A stretch of 64,000 bases of DNA. It comes from Camelus ferus (Eukaryota). The notes beneath the pieces are model-generated. The model searched no databases. It was not told the origin of the DNA and saw only the letters and a program-made list of their open reading frames with translations. The position numbers and the translations under genes were made by a program. The DNA lies in NCBI RefSeq assembly GCF_009834535.1, contig NC_045697.1, forward strand, positions 19,594,001 to 19,658,000, written 5' to 3'. Below are positions 52,684 to 64,000 of this stretch, one piece after another; position 1 is the first letter of the stretch, and each line of letters begins with the position of its first letter.

Positions 52684-55134
52684 ACACTATCTTCTGTTAC
52701 CTTTATTCTGTAGACAACATGGCATTTTAAGATGGTTTAATTTAAAGGTATTTGCTGAAATAACAGGAGATCATTATACCCACCTCCCCCAAGAAAAGGG
52801 GAGTACTTTTCTGATTCTTGGAGTTTGTGGAAACAAGACAGCATGTGTGGTGTTATCCTTAGAAACAGTGTAGATAACACAGGTGAAAGTGCCTCTAGCC
52901 TTTGAACTAGAGTTGTAGTAAAAGAAGTAAGAGGAAGAGTCTGTTCTTTTTTTCTCTTACTGCAATTGAGTTGCATAGTACTCAGTTTCAAATGAAGATT
53001 CACATGCATTCACTCACCGTGGGAAATGACACTGATTGCTTCCCAGCTTCCATATGTGGGATGGAAGTAGGTGAATACTTTCATCTCAAGTGCTGTTGTA
53101 TGTATTTGCCCCTGTGAACATCTTTTAGGTTCTGCCATCAAGTCAGCCAGTTGCCTTCAGTGCCAATGGTGGTATTTTATCATGTTGCTTCCCCACAATA
53201 AATTCCAGTCCTTCCCTGGCTTGGCTGCGACCACCTGTTTTCCCACACCTGTTTCGATTTATAAACCATATGCTGTAGTCACAGCTGAGAACCACTGTAG
53301 ACATGATGTGATTTCTCATAAATATTTCATAAATTCAAAGCTTCCTGCGCTTCAAAATAATTTGAAGGCGTTGATTTTATTGAAGACCTCACAGAGACTG
53401 ACATACACTCTTATTATTTAAGAAAGATGAAGTTTACAGCCTTATAAAAAAACCTACATCAGTACTAGAATAGCTCTACCTTGGTATTTATGCTTTTAAA
53501 CAAACACAACTGCAGCCTATGGTAAAATAATTCAGTTGCAGTAATTGGTCTGAAACGTACATACGCTCAGGAAATCCAGGGAAACAGATGTTTTTACATT
53601 GCATTTCCTACGTGGAATAAGAGCCATACTTCACAGAACAATCAAATACTCACCAAAAATCCATGTGGACTTATTGGCACAGTGTTGTCATTAGTATTCT
53701 AAGAATGTAAATTAAGTGAATTTTCACAAATCATACTTTGCAAGTAACAAAAAACCCAAAATTAAACTTGCTTAAATAATAAAGAAAATTGCCTGGCTTA
53801 TCAACTGAACTGAATAAGAGATCTGTTGAATTTCAGGTTTGGATTGATTCAAGGATAGAAGAATCTGTGTTAGGAGCTCTGCTTTTCTATCTCCACTTGT
53901 TAGCTTTGTTTCTATACGACAGGACTACCTTTATTTTGGGAGAACATATGCTATTCTTTTCTGAGCCTTCATGCTTTCCTGTGTAAGTCAAGTGCAAGAG
54001 TTTCTTAAGGTAACACTGTAACACAAATAAACAGCAATAAAAATCAAGGCAACAAAAGCAGAAACCTCCTTTATGTCCAGAAATCTCAATAAACATTTTC
54101 TCTCACCTCGTTATAATCTAAATGACCATTTACGAAAGAAATATTTTGAACTGAGGAATGGGGTTTGCTAAGCCAGTCAGGATCTAGCCCTAGGATTTCA
54201 CCCCTCTGAGGCCCCGTTCTTTATAATAGGGAAGAAGTGAATTTCCCACTAGAAGACCAGGGTGCTTTTTTAGGGGGAGGGAGGATACATGTGAAAGAAA
54301 TCAATTTGTATTTGCATTTGTCTCTTTGTCTCCCTATAGATACGTACATACACATACAAAATTGGGAGGATATTTTATTATTCTGTCTTGTTATTTAGAC
54401 TTGGAATTGTATCATGAATGCTTTTCCATGGCAATACACAGTCTACCAAAATGTTAGACTTTTAAAAGAATTGAAAACCAGGGATTATTACTAAGTTGAT
54501 CACTCTTGCATTGATGGATAAATAATATAGAACGTTTTAATCCTATTTGCCTAGAAATATTTGAAGCGACATGGTGGCAGACAGTTCAGCCAAATGGTTT
54601 GGCTGTGTAGACATATTTCTGAATGAAAAAAGGCTTGACCAGAATAAATGTAATAGCAGTAGAGTGCTTACATGTTTCCTTCATTGTGGTATGTGTTTAG
54701 TGGATAGATTTCTCTTTTGTGGCCGTCACATATTTTGGCAATTAATATTATTCCTTTCTGATTTAATTCTTTTTTTGCTTTATTTATTTATTTGGCAGCA
54801 ATTCTTTTATTCTTGTATTCATCCTAGCTTGAAATTAGACGTATCTACCTCTGGTCTGTTCAACCAGGCGGTTTTCTTTATTATTTAAGCCAGTTTGATT
54901 TTTAGATTTCTCTTACTTGCAAAGCATAATTTGTAAATGATTTCACATCATTTAAACTCTCAAAAATGAAAAGCTGTACTCTGAGCAGTTCTTACCACTC
55001 TGGCAGTGATGTGCCAAAAAGAGGCCTGTTGTGCAAGTTTTGTATCTTTTAGCAGGTAGATAGAATCATGGAGTATCGGTTTTGGAAAGTTTCCTCCGAA
55101 ACACAGGAACCCATGTCTGACTCCTGGCCTTGCT

Positions 55135-55266
55135 GATTCCTCTGCTCATTCACATTATCACCCGTGGCTGCTTTCACACTGCAAAGGCAGAACTGAATAG
55201 TTTTAACTGCAAATTCAAAAATATTTACTAACTGGCTCTTTTCAGAAAATGTTTGCCAGCACTTCA
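55135..55266 (-). mobile_element. MER58 hAT-Charlie MITE (partial)
   Basis: gtggctgctttcacactgcaaaggcagaactgaatagtt...aaaatatttactaactggctcttttcagaaaatgtttgcc. Confidence 0.85.
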
Positions 55267-57379
55267 TCTAGGCTATGGGTGGCAGATAGATTTTCTATTA
55301 CTTGATATCTTGGGTAAACTGACATAATTTTCTTTAGAGCTACTCGGAGGGTTGGGGAGGAAGGAGCTTGAGGAAGGACTGCCGATGTCTGATTTGGGTC
55401 TCTGAGGGGACAGTGTTTGTACATATGTTGGTACTTAGCAGTTACTCTCAGAAGGAAAATAAAGGAGAAAAATGATTGTATTAAAGAACGCTGTTCTAAG
55501 AGACGGGGAATGCATTTCTACCCATAATTAGCTTTTGCAGTATCCCTGCTCTGTAAACCAGAAGTGCAAAGCAGTGCCTAACATGTTTATGTTGCAGAGT
55601 GGCTGCCATTGTCAAATGTGAAAACATATGTGGAAGTGCTCTTTATGTTATCGAACTAAGAGAAAGAAAGACTAATAATCACTTTATCATAAAGCTTTGT
55701 TGGAAATGGCCACATAAATAATGTCTGCATACCAGGGCGCTTTTGACCAAATGTCACTTACAGGGTTTATAATCTTTGTTCTAGAATTATTATATCTCTC
55801 TATATGTAAATAATCTTTGTTCTAGAATATTGTACTATATATACATATATATGTGTGTATACATATACACACATTCATTTGGCATATTTAAGCCCACGTG
55901 ATCTGGCACTGGAGCCTCAGTTCTCTTCTGTGCAATGTCACCTTTTGAAGAGTGGCACCATAGCCAGGGCACCATAGGATGAGACACAGCTGCGTGGAAG
56001 AAATAGGCACGGGAATTTCAAACCCTGTGCTTGAGGCAGACCCAGGCCCAAGTGCTTTAACTGGCACAGTGATGAAGCTTGCTCCCACACTGCCATGAAA
56101 ATTTTCTACTTACATTGAAGTGATGCGTTGGGAATGTTGGCAATGAGCCTAATGAGCTACTCTTCAGCTGACAATGTATGGGGTGGTTAGGGATGGAATT
56201 TGGGAGGTCCATCTTCAGCAAGATTGTGGGAAGAGGTGGCAACAATTTTAGAACATATACAATAACTACAGTTTCAAATGTGTCGTATCTCGTTTTCTAT
56301 TTGTGATATTCCCATGCCATAGTTAGCCACCATGTTGAACCAAAAATACTTAATTTATCCCAACTTCCCCCTGCAGTCTGTATTATTATACTCCCTCAAG
56401 AGCCTACTCATTTGTCTTAAACACTCCTTATATTGACTTTCTTTAATAATAATTTTCCCCCAAACTTTTAAAAGTATCCATGCATATTATGGAAAACTAA
56501 GAGGCACAAGAAGCCAGAATACAAGATCACCCATGATTACAAGCTGTCTGTATTTCGATGTATCCTTATACTCCCCGCTGGTACCTCCATATTTGCAAAC
56601 AGTGTTTTGGTGTGTGTACATAATACACAGTGAAGGATACATTTTTATGTGATAGTAGTACAGTGTATATCATGACTTTTTTTCACATCACGAATATTTA
56701 CCACTTCAAAGTCCCAAAATGTTGAATAGTTTGATTATCAAGAATATACTACACTATAACAATCAGAAAAGAACTGTAATTCAGCCTTTGTGTGCCAAAA
56801 AAACTTGCTTAAAAGACAAAATGATAGTGGACCCCTGGATAGATTTTGGCCAAGTAAATACTAAAATCCCATTTTAATGTGCAACTGAAGAAGAGACAGA
56901 GCATTGTAGTCCAATAAGCATAATCTTCTAGATAATTCTAAAATTTATACTATTAAAATACTAGCAAGAGATATGTTGCCATTTAATTACTTCAAAGTCT
57001 ATTCATATACTATGCCCAAAAGAAATTCACACATACACCAGTGGTTATAATCAAAATGTAAGCATGAACACAGCTGCATACATCCCTTCCCTTGCACTTC
57101 CTCCTGCTCTCTCCTGCCATCACAATGAAAATGTCTTGATGCATATTGCTCAGAGATGATTTAACAAATCCATGTTCAAGATGCTTCTTTTCTATTATAC
57201 GTAACAAAAAGATATTCATAAGTGGGTTATTCACTAGTTCTACTTTTTGTTATACACTGTTTCCTCAAAGCATTTAAAAAGCTTAGGTACTGTAAAATAA
57301 AAATAGAAAATTGTCCACAATAACTCAGATACTTTCTAAAAACTAAGCATATAGAACTGTGGTTATAATCTGAAACTGT

Positions 57380-57615
57380 CTTCTAGATACAGAGATACTA
57401 TCAAGGAGCCTTCCTTTTCACACTTTCTCTCATTTCCCCTCAGGCCTAAGGATGGTAAATGATCTCTGCTGTTACTATCCCTGTGGTACTGTATTATTTC
57501 TTGATCACTATCCTAAAACCTGCCTTTAACCTTTTAAAATTGTCCTTTTATTAAGCTCTCATCGTATACTCCATTGGAGCGTGCCATCTATTTACTAACG
57601 CAGACTTGACTGATA
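57380..57615 (+). mobile_element. ERVL LTR33-like 3' half
   Basis: tcaggcctaaggatggtaa...ttattaagctctc...ggagcgtgccatct...tgactgata. Confidence 0.75.
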
Positions 57616-57960
57616 TCAGCTAACAACTTCAGGTGATAGCAAATGTCATGAAGAAAAAATAACACTCTCACTCTAATAGATCGTCAGTCTCCTGAGACCA
57701 TCTCTGTCTTGCTAATTAATGTGTCTTCATTACTTAGCACAATATATGTAATATAGAAATGCACAAAAATACATTTTTAAATAACAGAACAAATATTTGA
57801 ATTAAATAATGAGAGTTGAAAAGGCACATAAGAGGATCACTGAAATCTCATTCCTTGTCAGGATTTTTCAGTAAGGATAAGACAACATCCAAGTTACATT
57901 CTGAAATTACTCTGATAGGAATTAAAATTTTTTTAATCTTCATGATTTGATACAAATAAT

Positions 57961-58420
57961 TGTACTGGATTAAATTATGTCGCACTTCCCTTGCCAAAAT
58001 TCACGTCTACCTAGAATCTCAGAATCTGGGTCTTATTTAGAATAGGATTTTTGCATATGTAATTAAGATGAGTTCATCCAGGATTAGGGTGTGGTTTAAT
58101 CCAATGATTGGTGTACTCATAAGAGGAAAATAGGTCACAGACCCACGCATGGGGGGAAGACAATGTGACGAAACACAGCACTGTATGAGGATAGAGGGGG
58201 GGAGATTAGAGAGATGTCTATAAAACAAGGAACACCAAGGACTACTGGCAACAACCAGAAACCAGGGGAGAGGCATGAGACAAATGAACCCCCAAGAAAG
58301 AACCAACCCTGCTGACACCATTATTTCAAACTTTTGGTCTCGTGAACTATGAGAGTAAATTTCTGTTATCTCAAGCCATTAAGTTTGTGGTAATTTTGTT
58401 AGTCCTGAGAAACTGATACA
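57961..58420 (+). mobile_element. MaLR LTR MLT1C, full length
   Basis: tgtactggattaaatt...aaactgataca; TSD ATAAT/ATAGT. Confidence 0.9.
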
Positions 58421-58424
58421 ATAG

Positions 58425-59990
58425 TTCATTTATTCCACAAGTCGTTACGAACACCTAACTTGTTACAGGCACTAGCCTAGCTTATGATGATATAATGGTG
58501 TATAAGACAAAGAAAGTACTTCTCTCCATGGAGCACGTATTGTTGGACTGGCAGTAAACACATGGGATACCGTGTCAGGGAGTGATGACACCTACAAAGG
58601 AGTAAAGCAGAGTATAACTGGGAGTTACTCAAGTGTACTATCTTATGTGAAGTAATCCTAGAACTTTCTAAGGTAGTGATATTTGATCAGAGACTTCATT
58701 GAAGTGGAGAATCAAAAAATGTGAAGATGTGGAATAAAAGTGTTCTAGACCAAGAGAACACAAGTACAAAAGCCCCAAGGTGTGAACAATCTTGGTGTAT
58801 TTAAAAACAGCAAGTAGACTAGTGTGTCCATGGTACAATGAACAGGGCAGAGGAGATGACTTAGGTGAAATAGCACAGTAATGCCCTCTTAAGACTTAGT
58901 AAGGAATTTTTATTTTATTCTAAGTATAATTGAAAGCCATTGTCGTTTGTTTGGGTACACAGGGCAGAGTATACATTTTTTAAATTCATGTTTTAAAAAT
59001 AACACTGGCTTCTGTGTGAATAATAAAAAGACAAGTGTGGAAGTAAACTATTGCATTAATTTAGGCAGGATATGATGATAGCTTGGCCTAGAATGTTGAC
59101 AGTGAAGGTCATGAAAAAAATTCCGTCAAGACAAATGTTGGTGGAGAACTAGAATTTGCTGCTAGGTGTGAAGATAGAACATGAAGTATAAAAGAAAGAC
59201 CAGGATCAAAGTTGAATCTTAATTATTTGGCCAAAGTAATTAGTAAATGATGATGTGATTTACTGAAATGTGAAACAAGAAAAACCAAGAGTTTACTGAC
59301 AAGTTGAGTTTGGAATGTCTATAGCATATTAATGGGAAAGACAAATAGATGGTTGGATATTGGAGTCTGAATCTTGGGAGTAGTTTCCATGATACAAGCA
59401 GGAGAAATGGGACACTACTTTCAGGGCAAAGTGATATTTCAGTAAATTAATCATGTTTATATTTTTAACCTGAGAGATATCACAGCATGTTTGTCTGATG
59501 ATGGAAATAGTCCAGAACATAGGAATAAATTATGATTTAGGAAGTATGGTAAAATTGCAGGGGCACTGTCCCTGTGGCAAGTGGGAAGGATTCATGTGCA
59601 AATGGAAGGCTTGGAATTAGCTAGAAGCAGGGTCAGGTAGACTCACTTCAGCAGAAAGAGGTAAATGGAAGGCAGAATAGAAGGATGTAGATCTAGGCTG
59701 TTTGGTACACTTGATGTTCTAACTTACTTCTATTTTTTCTAACTACTTCTATTTTTCTTAAAAACAAGCTTATAATCAGTAATAGGGGTAAGAGATTAGA
59801 GTCCTGAGAAGAAAAAGTTGTTAAAAATCATGTCAGAGACTAGAGAGTAAAATATGAAATTAACACAAGATGATGTCATAGCTGGGCAATGCTGAGGACC
59901 TGCTTAGGATCTGTTGTAAATTTAAAGTGAGACCAGCCAGCAGGGTTCTGTAATTTTCTCTAGTTATATACAATTTAGGCACACGCAAGG
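58425..59990 (-). mobile_element. Long L2 LINE
   Basis: Antisense L2 terminus (tcatttattccacaag...aggcact) followed by a purine-rich L2 body. Confidence 0.8.
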
Positions 59991-60994
59991 AGGCTAGATT
60001 AAAGTAACACATTTAAAATCTGCAAAATAAATACAAAACAAGGCAACTAATTTGATTTCAAGAATACAGACAAATTTTGATTAATCAATAAATTAGGGAA
60101 AATGAGACATTACTAAAATTCCTCCTTCAAAATTTGTAAAATAGAAGTTGGTTTACAATGAATATTGTTTTCCTGAGGTTTGATTCATTGTTTTTTCTTG
60201 TTCCTTCGTAATTTAAAGTTGTAGAGTATTGGGACAAAACTGTTGCACAGCATGAAATATTGTTTGTATAATATGCACAAGGAATATCTACTTCTTCACA
60301 GAAAAGTAGGCTGTGCTTTTCTAGAATTGGAAGTCTATAGTTTTTGATAAATCCCTTGATATAGTTTTTGTTTACTTGTTACAGTGCAGCAGGAGGATTT
60401 ATTTATTTTGTTATGCAACAGTGCTATTTACATCACAAATCAGAGTAGGTAAGAAATAACTCTTCTATTCCCAGAAATAAGCCTTGATCTTATTTTGGTT
60501 CAGATCTTTTGGAATTTTTTTCTTTCATATTTTCATACTTATTCTCTAGATGTCTTAAGAAGAAATTTAAATCTGAAGCCCTAGGACTTAGTAAATATTA
60601 TAATAAATATTTCCCAATGGAGATGGAGGTTTATTTTTATTGTTTGATGCATATGCCATCACAAAATGTTAAGAGAAATCACATTGTTATGTCTTATCTG
60701 TGTACCCTAAATTTTTGTCAGAATTAAATATCAGTTCATTATTGAGGGTATCAAAATAGTAGGTTATATGTTTTATGCCTTTTCTTAAACTAATGGTTTA
60801 TTTATTTCCTTAATGGCTGTTTTCGACATGATTGGAATGTCAATGTGAGTTTTTAAAATTCTCTTCTTCATATTAATATTTTACTTTATTCCACTCTTCA
60901 GTTTTTAATCTTAAAATGAAAATGTTAAGTTAATGATTTATTATTTTTTTTTTCAATAATGTAGCTAGCTTTTAAAAGGTTGTTGAAAGTTATA

Positions 60995-63900
60995 CTTCTG
61001 CTCAGGATGTAGAAAATTGCATAAAATAAATAAAAACAACAACAACAACAAAACAAAAAACAAAAACATTGCTCCCACAACAATGAGAAAAAGATGGATA
61101 ATCTACAAAATCAAGTGTTTTCTTGAGTCTTTCAGAAAACTGAAATTGTAAGGAAATCAAAGTACAAAGAGTGACCTTCCCCTCCAATGAGAGATGGGAC
61201 CACAAATGATCTTACCTTTGACAGAGCACAGAGAAAGATGTGTCCACCTTAGAAAAGGGTAACAAGAAATCAACTAAAATTTTTAATGAACTCTTAAACA
61301 CCAAGTGTGGGTTAGTTTTCATTTTGAATAGCAGAAGGGAAGCTCATAATTACTTTTAGGCTTATCCCCCACAGACTTCCTCTGGGAAACCACATTAAAG
61401 ATTAAGGACAGAACAGAGAGAGCTCTTCTTCATAGAGCAGGCATGAAAGAAGTAATTGGTGCCTGAGAGAGGAGGGGTGCAGACAAAGAGGCCCACCTGC
61501 TTCCAGATCCCTTCCTTCTATAAAATAAAAACTGCAAGCCACTGGGGAAGGAATAGAAATCTATTTTCCTCTGTCTGCCTGCTTCTGGAAAAGGGATAGA
61601 AAACTGTATCCCAAGACACCAAAATCCATCGTCGCTGGGGAAAAGATAGAAGCCAAAAAACAAAACAAAGAAATCTAACCCTGAGGGAGAGTCAGGAAGC
61701 TGTAATTTCTACAGTGATATCATGTAGAAATCTGTATACACAGATAGAATCTCAATAGGTGAAGAAAAATAATTGGATAGGATCTAACATCTATGTGTGA
61801 TAAAAACTGTTAGCAAACTAGAAATGGAAGAAAATGTCTTCAACTTGATAAATGACATCCATGAAGAACAACTAGTTAATATACTTAATAGTGAAAGAAT
61901 GATTAACTGCTTCCCCTCTTGGACGGGAAACAAGGTAGAGATTTTTGCTCTTAAAACTCCAGTATTGAACTGGAGGTCTTGGATGATAAAATAATGCAAG
62001 ATAAAGAAGTAAAAGGCATACAGAATATAAAAGAAGAAATGAAATGAGTTTTATTCACTGATGGCATGATTTCTGAATAGGAAGTCCCAAAGAATGTATA
62101 AATAAACTGCAGAACTTGTAAGTGGTTTTATCATAGTCTCAGGATATAAGGTCAACATATAGAAATCCATTGTGTTTCTGTAAACTACTGGAAATGAAGA
62201 AGTAGAAATTAAAATTATAAAATCAGTGCCAATTACAACAGCATTAAAACCATGAAGTACTTAGGGATACATTGAACACAATACATGGTAATAACTGCAT
62301 GCTAAAAACTGGAAAATATTGTTGGTAAAAATCAAAGGAGACACAAAAGTTGAATAGGTATAACATGCTCATGTTTCGAAAGACTGTTATGATACTGATC
62401 CTTCTAAAATATATCTACTTATTAAATAGAATGTCAATCGAAATTCCAGCAGGCTTTTTAAAAATAGAAATTGACAAGCTTATTTTACAATTTATATATT
62501 AGTGCGAAATACTTAAAACAACTAAATTTTGAAAAATAAACACAATTGGAAGACACACTACTTGATTTTCAAGGCTTAGAAAGGTACAATAATTAAAATA
62601 ATGTATTATTGGAAAAAGGACAGATAATGTAGGTCAGTGTAACAAATAGAATAGATTCCAGACATAGAATCATACATATATGGTTAGTTAATTGATTTTT
62701 GACCAAGTTGTCAAGATAATTCAATAGTAAAAAGATCTTCAACAAATGAACAATTGGACATCCATTTGTAAAACATGAACTTTGACCCATCAAAAATAAG
62801 CTCAAAATGAACCACAGATTTAAATGTAAAACCTAAAACTATAAAAACTATAAAACTTTTAAAAAAGTGTAGGAGGAAGACTTTTGTGACTAAGCAAGAG
62901 TTTACACATAAAATTTTAAGCTTTACTAAAAACAGCTATAAAAAAATATTAGAACTTCATGAAAATTAAGAACTTCCATTCATTGGACAATAATGCAAAG
63001 ATTATAAACAAACCACTGATACAGATACTTATTTTTGCAAAACAAACACATATTGGATCAAATACTTTTGTCCAGAATACATAAGAAATTCTTATAAATC
63101 AGTAACAGAACAAAAACATCAATACAAACTAGATTTGAATACACAGTTCACTAGAAAATATATATGGGTAGCATGCAGGCACTTGCAAATATGCTCAAGA
63201 ATGGTATCCATCGGGGAACTGGAAATTAAAACCAGCCTGATGTTAGTGTCTGTTACGGGCTGAGTTGTGCCTTCTTCATAATTCATGTGTTAAAAGCTAT
63301 AACCTCTAATACTCAAAATGTGATTGTATTTGGAGCTAGGGCCTTTAAAGAGCTGATTAAGTTAAAATAAAGTTAAAATGAGGCTGTTAGATTGGGTCCT
63401 AATATAATCTTACAGGTGTCCTTATAAGAAGAGGACATTTGGACATGCAAAGAGACACCTGGGGTGTGCATGCTGCAGAGGAGGTCACAACAAGAAGGCA
63501 GCCATCTGTAAGCCAAGGAGAGAGGCCTCATAAGAAAACAAACCTGCTGATACTTTAATCTTGGACTCTCAGCCTTCAGAACTACGAGAAGATACATTTC
63601 TGTTGTTTAAGCCAACCAGACTCACATTTTGTTATGGCAGCTCTAGGAAACTAACACAGTGTACATCTATTAGAATAGCTAATGTTAGAAAAATGACAAA
63701 GCCAAGCTTCTACAAGGATGTAGAGCAAACTGGGACCCACATACATTGTTGATGAGAAAACAAGATGGTACAATCAACTTGGAAACCAGTTTGTCAGTTT
63801 CTTATTAAGTGTGCAATTTATGACTCAACAATCCCATTTCTAGGTATTTATTCAATAGAAATAAAAATACATGACTGCACAAACACCTATACCTTAATTT

Positions 63901-64000
63901 TTATTGCAACTTTATTTATAATGGTCCAAAACCAGAAATAATTTAAATGTCTACTGATGAAGAGATAAAATTGTGCTGTATCCGTACAATGGAGTATGAT
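60995..64000 (+). mobile_element. Old L1M (5' UTR fragment and decayed ORF2), interrupted by MLT1B
   Basis: acttctgctcaggatgtagaa 5' end; ORF2-like frame 61797-61994 (KLEMEENVFNLINDIHEEQLVNILNSER); ORF2 end after 63660. Confidence 0.85.
63251..63658 (+). mobile_element. MaLR LTR MLT1B, full length
   Basis: tgttacgggctgagtt...ctaacaca; TSD GTGTC/GTGTA; similar to 44554-44958. Confidence 0.92.

Noticed and set aside
54588..54606. Hairpin CAGCCAAA-TGG-TTTGGCTG as a structured RNA
   Set aside because: The 8-bp stem is too short for a pre-miRNA and is expected by chance in 64 kb.
697..63752. ORF-track entries as protein-coding genes
   Set aside because: All are short (<150 aa), many start at non-ATG codons, and they are low-complexity or lie in repeats. 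The only recognisable ones (33142-33701, 61797-61994) are decayed L1 ORF2 pieces.
1..64000. CRISPR arrays, tRNA genes, prokaryotic operons
   Set aside because: The sequence is mammalian; I saw no repeat-spacer arrays or tRNA cloverleafs.

Overview
Mammalian, AT-rich, repeat-dense genomic DNA. It is probably camelid: the young L1 3' ends resemble alpaca/camel L1, and I saw no Alu, B1, Bov-tA, CHR or PRE SINEs (inference from memory, not a database result). No protein-coding exon can be supported; the ORF-track entries are chance ORFs or decayed transposon frames. The window is a mosaic of L1, L2, MIR, MaLR/ERVL LTRs, five ERV1-class solo LTRs, hAT MITEs and two decayed ERVL (HERV16-like) proviral bodies, with unique stretches that may be conserved non-coding elements. 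Most notable: (1) a TSD-bounded three-part retro-chimera at 480-947 (L1 3' end, 3' transduction and an inverted 5S rRNA 5' fragment apparently primed by the target site); (2) a ~1.7 kb fossil hAT/ZBED-like transposase at ~1200-2950; (3) a CpG-dense RCGTG/GCGTG array ending in a splice donor at 51410-51576, next to a promoter-like LTR, with candidate downstream + strand exons; (4) an orphan TSD-flanked retrocopy at 42573-42890. Repeat family names come from recalled consensus sequences and need Dfam/RepeatMasker confirmation.
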